Shown here piece by piece: positions 24,191-35,929 of a stretch of 43,126 nt of DNA. Numbering within the stretch: the stretch's first letter is position 1; every line of letters starts with the position of its first letter. Made by a program: the position numbers and the translations under genes. Under the pieces are notes generated by a model. It saw nothing but the letters and a program-made list of their open reading frames with translations, ran no database searches and was not told where the DNA came from. This DNA comes from Octopus bimaculoides (taxonomy: Eukaryota), in contig NC_068983.1 of NCBI RefSeq assembly GCF_001194135.2, positions 121,930,992-121,974,117 of the forward strand, read 5' to 3'.

Positions 24191-24934
24191 GTCGAGTTCA
24201 AATGCCGCCGGGTCCACTTTACGTTTCATCTTTTCGGAGCCAATACTGAGGTCGATGTAATGGACTTATCCCCTTCCCCAAAATTTCTGGCCTTGTGCCA
24301 AAATTTGAAGCCATTATTATTACTATTAAGGTGGTGAGGTGGCAGATTCGTTAGCACGTTAAGCAGAATGCTTAGCGGCATTTCGTCAGTCTTTACGTTC
24401 TAAATTCAAATTCCGCTGAAGTCGACTTTACCTTTCATCTCTTTCGGGGCCGATAAAATAAGTACCAGTTGAGCACTGGGGGTCGATATAATCATTATTA
24501 TTACTATTAACAAGGCAGCAAGCTAGAAGTATCATTAGCACGCTGGACAAAATGCTTTACGTTCTGAGTTCAAATTCCGCCGAGGTCTATTTTGCCTGTC
24601 GTCCTTTCGGGTTCGATGAAATAAGTATTAGTTGAGTACTGAGGTTGATGTTATCGACTAACCCCCTCTCCCAAATTTCAGACCTTGTACCTATAGTAGA
24701 AAGGATTATTATTACTATTAAGTCGGTGAGCTGTCAGAATCGTTGCCGCGCGCCGGACAAAAAGCTTATCGGGATTTCTTCTGTCTTTACGTTCTGTATT
24801 CAACTGACACTGGGGTCGACTTTGCGCTTCATCCTTTCGGGATTCGATAAAATAAGGACCAGTGGAGTAATGGAATCGATGTAATTTACTACCCCCTCAC
24901 CTAAAGTTTCAGTCTCTTGTACTTATAGTAGCAA
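24191..24934 (+). mobile_element. Tandem array of four SINE family 1 copies (24191-24313 5'-truncated, 24327-24493 3'-truncated, 24511-24704, 24719-24934)
   Basis: Four B-box/central-domain blocks in direct orientation separated by attattattactattaa. Confidence 0.9.
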
Positions 24935-25023
24935 ATATTATTTTTATTAACTCCACATGTCTAGATAACATTAGCCTCTAATCTTTTATCAAATATATTT
25001 TCATTTACGTAACTATCTACTTA

Positions 25024-26236
25024 TTGGGTTGGCCAAAAATTTCGTTCGATTTTTTAAGCGAAAATAAAACAGGTTTTAAATACAAAGCGATTTAATCGAT
25101 CGATGATATAATTACCGTTTCTTTCCAGTATCTTCTGCCATTTTGTGAGCAGATCCATGATACCTTGCTCAAAGAATTTCTTGGCTTTACGAGCGAAAAA
25201 CTCTTTCAGGTGAATTTTTACATCTTCTTCAGAATTGAAAAGGTCGGTTCATTCAATGAATTTCGAAGAGAACGAAACAAGTGGAAATCTAAAGGCGCAA
25301 GGTCGGGCGAATATGGAGGGTGCGGCAAAACATCCTAGCCAGGCTCCAGTAACTTCTGTTGCATCTGCAAAGAAGTGTATTGTCTGGCATTGTCATGATG
25401 AAAGACAATGTCCTTACGATTAGCACGTGATGGACGCTTCTAGTGGATTGCTGTGTTTAATTTATACAACTGGTCACAGCACACATCCGAATTGATGAAC
25501 CTGTCCTTGGGAACACCTTTCCAATCCCACCAAACTGAAAACATAGCCTTCTGGTGAAGTTCTGCTTTGGAGCTTGTTTGTCGTGGTTCGCCACACTTCT
25601 CTTATGGTTGTTTGCGTTTCATATTGTTATGGACAATCCATTTTTCGTCCTCTGTCAACATTCTCTTCAAAAACGGATCATTTTCTACGCATTTCTGCAA
25701 CGAATCGCAGATGGAAATCTGTTGGACGAGGTTAGCCTCATTCAATTTATCGAGCCTGCTGACGTAACCAAGTTGATGCAGATGGTTTTCAACTATCAGT
25801 TTGAATATTTGGGGAATATCTGCGATCGTCCTGGTCGTATAACGTGGTTAATCTCAGTTGGCCGGTCAGAGCAAGATGCATCTTGAACCCCAAAATTTTT
25901 TGATCGAAATCTTGAAAATTACTTGTGGCACACACGTTCCGTAACACACTCTATACACACCACATATCTTCTTGACGGTTTCCGCCTCTTTCTTGCCTAT
26001 CTTAAAATTAAAAAAAGCATGAGGTGTCAATAATATTTGTTTTGATTCTGCATTTTCAGGTGATCCCAAGCGCACAAAATACAACTTGTCTCGTTGCAAG
26101 TTCGCATCGAACTACGTTGAGGTGTCAAGTATCTAGCGAGTGTGCATGCACGAGGGACAGGCTGAAGTTAGCTACTTATAAGGGTGCTTGAAATTTAGTG
26201 TCGACAAAAACCGGAAAGATGTTTTAGCTAACCCAA
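25024..26236 (-). mobile_element. Full-length degenerate mariner (DD34D, mellifera-like), 1213 bp, TA target duplication
   Basis: TA-ttgggttggccaaaa at 25022 and the complementary ttttagctaacccaa-TA ending at 26238. Broken transposase 26053->25092: MQNQNKYY*HLMLF, LHQLGYVSRLD, DPFLKRMLTEDEKWI, VWWDWKG, FHHDNAR, PHPPYSPDLAPLDFHLFRSL. Confidence 0.93.
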
Positions 26237-27606
26237 TATCAAACTGACGATGATTCATACAAATTTATTTTGGTCAGTAATTTTCTTGCTTGATGTCAAT
26301 GTATTTTAATCCGTTACTGCATTGAACTGCAGCCATGGTTTTATGGTCGACCATATCGATTTTAATGCATATTTCAGTCTCTTACTTATTTTATGGATCT
26401 TTGCATCTCAAACCAATAAGTTAAGTGTTATACAAGGATACAAAATAAGTAGTAATACTGATTTTTCGGCGATGCTGTTGCTTGTATTTTGTCTCTGTAA
26501 CGAAATCAGATTCATCAGTAATGTTCTCAGTATTCTTGAGACACACCTTGCAGCATTAATACTAAAATTACGTACCTAGGTGATCTGTTGACTGATTCAC
26601 AATAAACGAATGAATAGACAAACAAACGAATGCTCATGACTTCCAACCCCTGAAGATACATCCACATGAATTCAGTGCATGTGAGACAATCTTGTAGTTT
26701 TACTTGCTTAGATAGTTACACATTTTCTCAACACAATATCACATGATGGAGACTGACGTCAAATCATGTTTATTCTTCTATAATAAAATAGTAAATTAAC
26801 GAGAAATTACTGTGTACAATGCAAGTACATGCGTGCAGTTGCCTAAACAGACGTGGTTAACAGGAAGAAATATTTTAAGTAATATCAAATCAGCAATATA
26901 CAGTTGTAGTAAATACGGATAAGATCTGTGTGAAAATGGAGACAGCATTGATGACAAGATTAGGTCGAGTACTACAATGTCGGAGTAGGTTAAACAGACT
27001 GATTCACACTTATTGATTCTCATTGAAAATAATTTCTTGCTGCGAGAAAGGCCGGAGGAATTTGTTTTTTTGTTTTTTTCTTATTAAAAGGTGCTTCTTA
27101 CTTAATCGAACAATACAAATTATCGCAGCACTGTACAATAACTGGCACAGAACTGTAATGAGTTATTAAGTTATTTGAAAAGCTTGCAGTACGGTTTCGA
27201 ATCGATTTGTGGGAAATGATTGCTGTTAATTCAGGGATCGTTAAATTCTGTGTAACTGATTTACAGATAAAATAAACCAGAAGAATGTAGTTTGTTGTGT
27301 GAATCTATGGGCAACCACTTGTTTCGCGAATTCTGTTATCTCACACTGTTTATCATTACATTGTATAAAATTTATAAATATTATGGAAAGATTGAAAGAT
27401 TTTTTTTTCAAACTTCTGCTTACGGTAATACTAATTATCCTTATTAGCTGCGAGTATTTTTCTTAAATTGGTATGCTTAAGTCTCCAGTAAAATGCTAAT
27501 TATTTGAGGCTGAGGAGAAACAAAAGCATTAAATGTAATAAAGGAAGATTAAACTCCGTTGATGAGCGAGTAATGATAGGGGTGGCTACAACTACAATTT
27601 CACTTG

Positions 27607-27797
27607 GCTTGATGGGTCTTCTCAAGCATGGCATATCGCCAAAGATCTTGGTCACTAGTCATTGCCTCCATGAGGTCCAACATTTAAAGATCATGCTTCA
27701 CCACTTTGTCCTATGTCTTCCTGGGTCTACCTCTTCCACAAGTTCCCTCCACACTTAGAGATCCGCACTTCTTTACACAGCAGTCCTCATCCATTGC
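27607..27797 (-). mobile_element. RTE-clade LINE C-terminal fragment
   Basis: Translates MDEDCCVKKCGSLSVEGTCGRGRPRKT; homologous to 40550-40730 in this window. Confidence 0.85.
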
Positions 27798-28429
27798 GGA
27801 AAATACTAGCTAAGTCAAGAGAAAAGTCAGTAAAAATAATCTTATTTTGGGTTTAAAGTTCTATTACCACAACTACTCCTACCACGACCACCACCACCAA
27901 CAACAACAACGACGACAACGAGAACAATAACAAAGGTGATGATAATGGTGATGAGGATAATTGAAATGTAAAAATCCCTGGGAAATGTTGTTTACAACAT
28001 TTCTAAACATAGCCAAACAATTACTAGTTTGGCCAGGGTCAAAATACAGGTCACTTGATATGTTGAACAGACCTGACGCTTAAACCAAACACCAATCAAC
28101 TTATGCAGTTTATTAAAGCCACACACTGATTGGTCAGAATACAGTTTGCAAAAATTAACATTCTGAAGCCTAAACAAATGTATTTAAGGCACACAGTTTA
28201 GCCATCTCACTACAGTTGTAAATTGTAAAATATAACTATCACGACTACTACATGAACCTGAAGATTGCATAGTTTAATGTATGAAAGTACTAGTTCAATC
28301 AGAATGGATATTTAATATTCTATCATTTCATTATATTATATTATCTTATATTATATTATTATAAGATTGTAAATAAAACGTGAAAATCAGACAAAGCTGG
28401 AATTTCTTTGAGTGATATATTCTTCTATA

Positions 28430-28482
28430 CACACACACACNNNNNNNNNNCACACACAAACAAACAAACAAACAAACAAACA
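28430..28482. repeat. (CA)n / (AAAC)n microsatellite with a gap
   Basis: Read directly. Confidence 0.9.
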
Positions 28483-29894
28483 ACTCCAGATCTCAAAAAA
28501 TGCAATACTAAAAGAAGAGTAATATTGCCATGTATTGAATCTGAAGAAGTTTAGGTTTACAATGTATTACAATTATATCTTTCGAAAAATCAGATTACAA
28601 AGATGAAACCAACATCTCACAACACCAGATAAACAGAAAAAAAGACAAAGAAACATCTTTCCTCCGTTTAACCGACAAGTTCCTTCACCTGCAACTAAAA
28701 CTTTTTACAAAAATATTTCCCTTAACACCATAAGTACGATCGTATTTTTAATAAAACTCTAATAATAAACTCTTCTGCTAAACTTAATTTTGAAGTTAAT
28801 AACCAGCATCAAACTTAGTATATCTTCAGTCTGGTACTCTATCCTGTTACTGTATCCATCCGAATGAATCTCCATTTAACTGTAAATGTACTTTTAAATA
28901 GATTTTGCATTCGCTATGGTTAAAAGGAATACAAGTTCCATATCCACATTAAGATCAAATTAATTCATATTACGTTACAAACAATATCTTTCCACTTTTC
29001 GCCTTCGATTTAGTTCGTAAGCAATTAACTGGAATTTTCATTCTAATAACATTCTAATATCAGGTTTATATATTTAGGTAAACATTATAATCGTCCCAAC
29101 ACATTAGGTGTGCCTTGTAATTTTAAATATTATGAAATATTACTTCCTATTTTCTCTCTTCTTAACTGCCATTCAGATTTGGTGCACTCTTGTGCGTATA
29201 TAAACGATTTGGAACACCGAAAAATATTCGCTGATCAGTCAATGACAGTAATTTTCCCTTCCGTCTTTTCAAGCAAAATTATTTCGTTAGCATAATAGTT
29301 TTGAACATATGCTCTACTCGTTGCTTACACTCTATCCGATTTATAAATAATTAAACGCATTTCGCCATTAATGATATGCTAAACCTAATCGTTCAGATTG
29401 ATTTATTTGCTAAACTGTTAATAATTCCTATTTTCCCCTTCATTCCCTTTTACAAATTTCTATCCTGCTTCCACTCAACTTACTACCTCAAAAGTATTCC
29501 ATCCTTCACTCGCCTTTAACATGTGTGTATGCGCGCGCGCGTCTAATATTGCTGAGGGTATAATGAGGGTATGTTTTAAGACTAAGCGCTTACTCGGGTA
29601 TATTACAGACAGTCTAACTAACTGAGCGTTTACAGGGTACATTTCATCCATAACGTAGCATATCACGCTGTACCTATAGAGCACTGCTTCCCAAAACGGT
29701 GGTGCCACTCCCTAGGAGCGGTAGAGAATTTTATAAGGGTACAGGGGATAAGGGGAGTGGTAGAGGCGATGGATTGCCCCAATTTTCGAAAATATTTTCA
29801 ATTTTTATTATGTGTAAAAATTCTGTTATAATATTCTTTCTACTATAGAAACAAAGCCTGAAATTTTAGGGGAGAAAGCTAGTCGTTTACATCG

Positions 29895-30513
29895 CCCCCC
29901 CCCCCTATCCCAGTGTTCGACTGCGACTTGTTTTATCGATCTCGAAAAGACGAAAGAGAACTTGAACTTGGAATGTAAAGCCGGAATAAATGCCGCTAAG
30001 CATTTTATCCGGCGAGCTAACGATTCTGCCAGCTCGCTGCCTTTAAAAGCATCTGTTAATATTAGTTTCAAATGTGGCACAAGGCCAGCAATTCTGGAGG
30101 AGGGGCTAAGTTGATTACAACAACCCAGTGCTTAACTGGTACTTATTTAATCGACCCGAAAGGATAAAAGGCAAAGGTGACCTCAGCGGAATTTGAACTC
30201 AGAATGTGCTGTCGGACGAAATGCCGCTAAGCATTTTGCCTGGCATGCTATCGATTCTACCAGCTTGCTGACTTAAAAATGGTCTGTTAAAACTAGTGGT
30301 CAAAATGTTATGACATTCTATCTTATACTGATTTCATATTTTGGCACAAGGCCAGCAATTTCGAGGCAGAGTAAGTCGATTGCATCGACGCCAGTGCTTA
30401 TTTTATTGATTCCGAAAGGATAAAAGGCAAAGTCGGCCTCGACGAAATTTGGACTTAGAACGTGAAGACGGGCGAAATGCCGCTACACATTTTGCCCAAC
30501 ATTCTAACGATTT
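29895..30513 (-). mobile_element. Tandem array of three SINE family 1 copies (29895-30044, 30065-30275, 30331-30513)
   Basis: Three reverse-complement copies with gaaatgccgctaagcattttgcc-type heads. Confidence 0.88.
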
Positions 30514-30604
30514 TGAATCGTTGCAAGGGTTTGTAAAAGTGTTAGTAAAAACAAAAGCGGCGATAAGTAAGAAATAAGTTTCAGAAGCAATACTATAGAC
30601 TATC

Positions 30605-30960
30605 ATAATCAAGTCAGGGATCTCATCACAGGTTGATGAGAACTGCTACTGGTAGCATATAAACCAGTACTACCTGTTTTATAGTCGAATGATCGGCGAT
30701 CAAACCGGATCCCCAACTTGAATAGCTTGCTACTCATGTGAGGAAGATGTCTGGACACCCAGCAGGACTAAAATGAAGACCTGTCTAAGGACGGATGAGT
30801 TCTTTGTGGGCAACGACAACCCAATTCGGGAAAGGCAATAACAAACCACAATATTTCTGCCAAGAAAACACTATGAGAAAGTCAGAACAAAGTAACGGTA
30901 TGGCCTCATCCGATGGGAGAATTCGCGTTTAATCGAGAAGACATTCGGTGTTAGTGGCAT
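30605..30960 (+). mobile_element. Possible RTE-type 5' UTR fragment
   Basis: gggcaac...gggaaaggcaataacaaaccacaatatttctgccaagaaaac resembles the GAAGGCAATGGCAAACCAC...TTGCCAAGAAAAC motif of RTE/BovB-related ends (recall). Local hairpins are present. Confidence 0.4.
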
Positions 30961-30989
30961 TAAGGTACTGCAATAAGCGTACGATGCAT

Positions 30990-31151
30990 GACAACGACGA
31001 CGACGGCGACGAAGACGACGACGAAGACGACGACGAAGACGACGACGAAGACGACGACGAAGACGACGACGAAGACGACGACGAAGACGACGACGAAGAC
31101 GACGACGAAGACGACGACGAAGACGACGACGAAGACGACGACGAAGACGAC
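30990..31151. repeat. 12-bp minisatellite (GAAGACGACGAC) x12 preceded by (GAC)n
   Basis: Perfect units starting at 31011, 31023 ... 31143 (last one partial). Confidence 0.97.
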
Positions 31152-31330
31152 TACACAGTACATGGCTTTTCATTCGTAATTCTATTCCCTTTTTCTTCCG
31201 TTTTCTTTTCTCTCTCTCTTTCACCCTCTCTCTATTCCTCCCTTTCCTCTTCTCTTCACTCTTTCAAGATACACACACACTCATACAAAGGTATACGCAT
31301 ATATATACTTATATATTATATGTATGTGTT

Positions 31331-31545
31331 TAAGGCGGCGAGCTAGCAGGAACGTTAGCACGGCGGGCAAAATGCTTAGCGGTATTTCGTCCGTCTTTAC
31401 GTTCTGAGTTCAAATTCCACCGAGGTCGACTTTGCCTTTCTTCCATTCGGGGTTGATAAATTAAATACCAGTTGCGTACTGGGGTCGATCTAGTCGACTG
31501 GCCCCTTTCCCCAAAATTTCGGGCCTTGTACCTAGAGTAGAAAAG
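31331..31545 (+). mobile_element. SINE family 1, full-length, well-preserved copy
   Basis: taaggcggcgagctagcagg (A-box-like), gagttcaaattcc (B-box-like), gtcgactttgcctttc..ggggttgataaa central domain (resembles the Meta-SINE domain from recall) and the ccttgtacctagagtagaaaag tail. Confidence 0.92.
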
Positions 31546-31728
31546 TATGTGTTTGCGAGCGCGCGAGCAGCGTACGTGAGAGTAACAGATCTGAAACGCT
31601 GAAGCCGCGTGCTCTTAGTTTTTTGGATTAAATGCCTTGATGTTATAAGTGCGTATATAAATATATAGATACACAAACATATTCATATACGAAATAATAT
31701 GGATATGTAATAAATGCACGTAGATATT

Positions 31729-31868
31729 CTTTTCTACTCAAGGCACAAGGCCCGAAATTTGGTGGGGGGGGAGCCAGTCGATTAGATCGACCCCCAGTAG
31801 GCAACTGGTACTTAATTTATCGACGATGAAAGGCAAAGTCGACCTCGGCAGAATTTGAACTCAGAACG
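31729..31868 (-). mobile_element. SINE family 1, 5'-truncated copy, inverted relative to 31331-31545
   Basis: cttttctactcaaggcacaaggcccgaaattt...gaatttgaactcagaacg. Confidence 0.9.
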
Positions 31869-31962
31869 CAAATGCACATAGACATTAATGCATATACACA
31901 TGCACACTGACACATTTACACTTGTACGCATGCGGTTGCGTGTATAAATGTACGTGTCTATG

Positions 31963-32006
<44 letters not shown>

Positions 32007-32015
32007 CGTGCGTGC
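31963..32015. repeat. (GT)n(GCGT)n microsatellite
   Basis: Read directly. Confidence 0.95.
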
Positions 32016-32706
32016 TTTCTCATACTTTTCGTTTTATCGTCTCCAGTACCTACCTATAAACGAAGTAAAGTTCTAACTGAAAAATATATATATAATTCAA
32101 TGCGACGCGGAAGAAATAAAAATCTCTTAATACGAAAATAAATGGCGTCTCTTCTTAAGTGTCGATAGCATACATGTGCATTATACAGCTAGACGATTAG
32201 TTTGTTCGAAGTTCTTTTGTCATTTAAAGATTAAAAAAAAAACATAGAAATCGCAGAAGATAAAGGTGATTACAAAAAAGAAAGATAATCAGCAATGAAC
32301 AAACAAAAACAGTAGATGACCGAATACTGAACTCGAATATTCAGTTATTCTATCTTAACTGCCTTCTTTTGTACCTGCTTAGACTAATAAACATGTTGAA
32401 TAATCTCTCAAGATAATAGCTGTTTATAATGGAGCAGCCTCTGTTCTGTGCTTCATTGATTATTTCTAACATTAACACAAGGTCATCGATAAATAAAGAA
32501 TGGGTCTAATCCACTGTTTCCCAACCTATTTTCCCTCGAGGCCCCACTATAACTTCCCAGAAAAACGCATGCTCCACCAGTGAATGGAAAAAAAAACAAC
32601 CTTATTTTTAATATTTTATCATATTAGAATAGTTTGCTATACTTTAGCAAACAGTCTTCACACAGTATGCTTGATTGGAGGGATTGGTTTTGTTAGGCTG
32701 AGTATA

Positions 32707-32848
32707 CGAGGAGCTGCTGAAAAGTCCCTAGCTTTGGGTAAAAGTAAATACGATTTTATTCGACATATTCTCCTCTCAGAGTCACACACTTATTACAGTG
32801 GTCCTTCAGTTTTTCTAAGCTCTGTAAAAGAACTCGGTAGGTTGAAGT
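32707..32848 (-). mobile_element. Mariner 3' end only (TIR plus transposase C-terminal remnant)
   Basis: TA-cgaggagctgctgaaaagtcc terminal repeat. The minus strand decays from a QPSEFFYRGLEKL.DRC.KCV.L.GEYVE-type C-terminus. No partner TIR found. Confidence 0.7.
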
Positions 32849-32850
32849 GC

Positions 32851-34530
32851 CGCATCTGCTCGGTGGTTAGGGTGAATGGCCACCTATCACAACTATTCAG
32901 TGTCATGCGCTCGGTCCGTCAATGTTGTCCTCCTCATCTCTTCTGTATGTACTGACACTTGACCTACCACTACGAAAACTAGAGACGTTCAGAGGCATTC
33001 TGCATAAACTAGGATGTGAAAGAACCGTGTTGGTGTACACAAATGACTTCACCATCACAGTGTCAGACATCAGGCACGTCGAGGTGATCAGCACTACTCT
33101 AAAGGACTATGAAGCAAAGACAAGAACAATCAGTGGGCCTTATTCTTAGTACCTAGAAAAGCAGGATCATGCCGTCCATCAGCGTTGTGGGGCGCTGGAC
33201 AGATGAACCAGTTAAATTGCTCGGGGTCTGGTTTGGTATAGACCTTCAGGTGGAGAATATCAAAGACAAGATGATGAGCAGGGTGACCTATCTCACCCTG
33301 AAATGAACCGAGAGAAAGCTATCCCTGAAACGAAGGACAGAGACAGATAATGCTTCCATGACTTCTGTCATTTATCACCAAGCTGTTGTGCCTAGCCTCA
33401 GTTCACCTCAGACTCATCTAGAACATCTACTCTTCCGCTTTCAGTGGAAAGGGACACATCCCACTGGTTATGTACTCCATTTGTTGTCAACAATTATCAA
33501 CAATTGTCAACATCCACTGACTAGGCATGTCTTAGCTAATGATGCGCAAGCATGAGCTGAGACATGTCCAGACTTCCTTGACGGTGAACAGGTGCGATGG
33601 CCATCTGTCAGACTCGTTTTTCTACAACTCGTCTCATTGACTGTGCTGCAGTCTTGGATCAAACGTAGACCGAGGAAGGATACCTGACACCTAGAGTGTC
33701 GTCAAGCGCTCAGCAGTGCTGTCGGTGGAAGTTATATCGTGGCATTCTATAGAGTGTTAGCTATGGGCAATAGCGATGACGTTCCCGAGCGAACTATTGA
33801 CTCTGACGAGAATCAACTGGCTGGCGTGTTTCAGAAATCTCAGACTCGGCAGTGCTACCGGGGAACATTGCTGGTTCGAGATACTGCAGGCATGATAGTG
33901 CCGTCAACCAAACTGACTCTACATCATACAGAACGACGAAATAGTTCTGTACGCACTTTTACTCTGTCTGAGCATTGCTGACTCGCGAAGTTATGTCGAT
34001 CACCTTCTGTTGATTTAGGATAGATCCAGCTATAAATTGAGTCCATTTTGAAGATCACCGCGACAGCTTCCTTCGTCCAAACAATCATCTGTCTGGTGAA
34101 AGAGCTTGTGTAAGGGACCAGACTGAAAGGATTATAGACAAACACTTTTCTCTTTGGCCAAGCTCTCATCTCTTTCAAGTTTCACTTGAAAAGGAAAGTG
34201 ACGGTGGACAGGAAAGTGACGGTGGACAGGAAAGTGACGGTGGACAGGAAAGTAACGGTGGACAGGAAAGTGACGGTGGACAGGAAAGTGACGGTGGAGA
34301 GGGAAGTGCAGCCTTTCATCAAATTTGTTGAAAGGTGAATAAAAGTAGCAGTAATAATCTAAGAGTATGGACCAATCCTGAGCATGCACCTGTAGATTAG
34401 ATTGAGGGAAGGAGATGGGGAGATGGCAATTTCCCTAGTGGTCACAAGGACCCTGGTTTTGCAGGGTTCCCACAAACAGCCCTCGGAAATTCCTCTCCCC
34501 CACTTTTGGGGAAATAATTCTTGTTTGAAG
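32851..34530 (+). mobile_element. L1/Tx1-clade LINE ORF2 3' part (RT core to C-terminus), decayed
   Basis: VVRVNGHLS..F...RSVRQ(G)CP, LLYVLTLDLPLRKLE, VYTNDFT (YADD position), VVGRWTDEPVKLLGVWFG.DLQVE and FKFHLKRKV in collinear order. Confidence 0.85.
34193..34308. repeat. 18-bp minisatellite (GGAAAGTGACGGTGGACA) x6 plus a partial unit, inside the Tx1-like ORF2
   Basis: Units at 34193, 34211, 34229, 34247, 34265 and 34283. Confidence 0.97.
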
Positions 34531-34669
34531 TTTTGGTTGCTTTTTCCTGTTATTTTACTGTTTGCATACTTTTATGAGATCCCACATTGTACTGAATCGT
34601 CTTGTGCCATCCTCGACCATTTTTGTAAACCCTTAGGGGTTAGTAAAGAAAACATTATATGTATGCATA

Positions 34670-34715
34670 TATGTGTGTGTGTGTGTGTGTGTCTGTGTGT
34701 GTGTGTGTTGTTATC

Positions 34716-34760
<45 letters not shown>
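34670..34760. repeat. (GT)n then (ATT)n microsatellites
   Basis: Read directly. Confidence 0.95.
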
Positions 34761-35739
34761 GAACATTGTTTTTGCTGATTTGTATCAACAATTTCATGGA
34801 AGAGCTATGCTTTTNNNNNNNNNNTTTTTTTTTTTTGCTTTATTTTTGTAGTGGTGGGGTTCATGTCCGATTCTTCAACTTGGAGAATTCGTTTGTGTAA
34901 AAGTGTGTACCTTCAAAACTCAGTTTCTTCTTATAAAATTAATTTTAAAAAAAACATGGATTCTTGCCAGAATATAATAATGTTCGTGGCAGATGAATGT
35001 GAAAATGAGAGAGACAGATAAAAAACATTAAACGCAAAGAGTGGGGGAGGCAGAGAGAAGAAAACCAATGGCGTCTCTCCTAAATCTAAATGCATCAGTG
35101 CAGTCATTGTAACGGGAAGCGTCAGCGATCCAGCTGAAGCTACTGAAACTACAACAGGGAAGATTAACATTACAGTTTTCAACTACAACAATAACAACAT
35201 TACCAAGAAAATTAATAGTGGGCGTAACAGCAGTAACAGTACCCATATCAACAATTTCCATGACAAGAATTTCCTGGCCCTGCCAGTTTCAAATCAGAGT
35301 AGCAGCAGCAATAACAACAACTTCCTCCTCCATCCCAAGTTTATTGAATATTACGGGGAAAAAACAGCACCAACATCACCACCAATATCACTTCCACAAC
35401 TGCTCCTACTACGGTAGCCGACGAAACCAACAACGACATCTGCAACACCAATGCAACTCGCAGCAATAATTGCAACATGTGCATTACCACCAAAATAAAC
35501 AAAGCAGAGTCATTTATAAACATCAATCAACCGTTGGTAAAGCATTCGCTTGATGACAGCAGAGAGTACAGAGCCCCCACAAACAGCACCATCTAGTGAA
35601 ACCCGCCTTTCTAATGAAACCAGAAACAGAAAACAATGCTTTAAGAAAAAGAACCTTTAGTTGTAGGTACATGAACAGAAAGATAAAAATTGATGAACCT
35701 ATCAATGGCAATAGCTGATAAGTGTATGAAAGATGAGTG

Positions 35740-35920
35740 AGCTTTGATATGACTTCTTAGAAAAGGAAGACAGTATGGATAATGGAGGGTGTTTGGCAAC
35801 AGTTCGGGAGAATTCCCTGTCCTGTGAAAAGAGGTGTAATGGTTCTGTTGAGAAAAGACCCGAAGAAGGGGTATGATTTTAATAATTTCAGGCCTATAAC
35901 TACAGATTACCAATTATCTA
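35740..35920 (+). mobile_element. Tx1/L1-like RT N-terminal fragment
   Basis: WQQFGRIPCPVKRGVMVLLRKDPKKGYDFNNFRPIT (RT domain 1 pattern K....N.RPI). Confidence 0.7.
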
Positions 35921-35929
35921 TATAAAGCC

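Noticed and set aside
28092-28133. Two opposed CCAAT boxes
   Set aside because: No identifiable TSS or downstream gene; 5-mers are common by chance.
31331-31420. tRNA gene
   Set aside because: A/B-box-like motifs belong to SINE heads; spacing is extended and there is no cloverleaf.
29682-32530. Two hAT-like terminal motifs cactg(c/t)ttcccaa (29682, 32512)
   Set aside because: Same orientation, no complementary partner end or 8-bp TSD found; cannot define an element.
34193-34308. 18-bp and 12-bp regular repeats as CRISPR-like arrays
   Set aside because: Units are contiguous with no unique spacers, there are no cas genes, and the context is eukaryotic.
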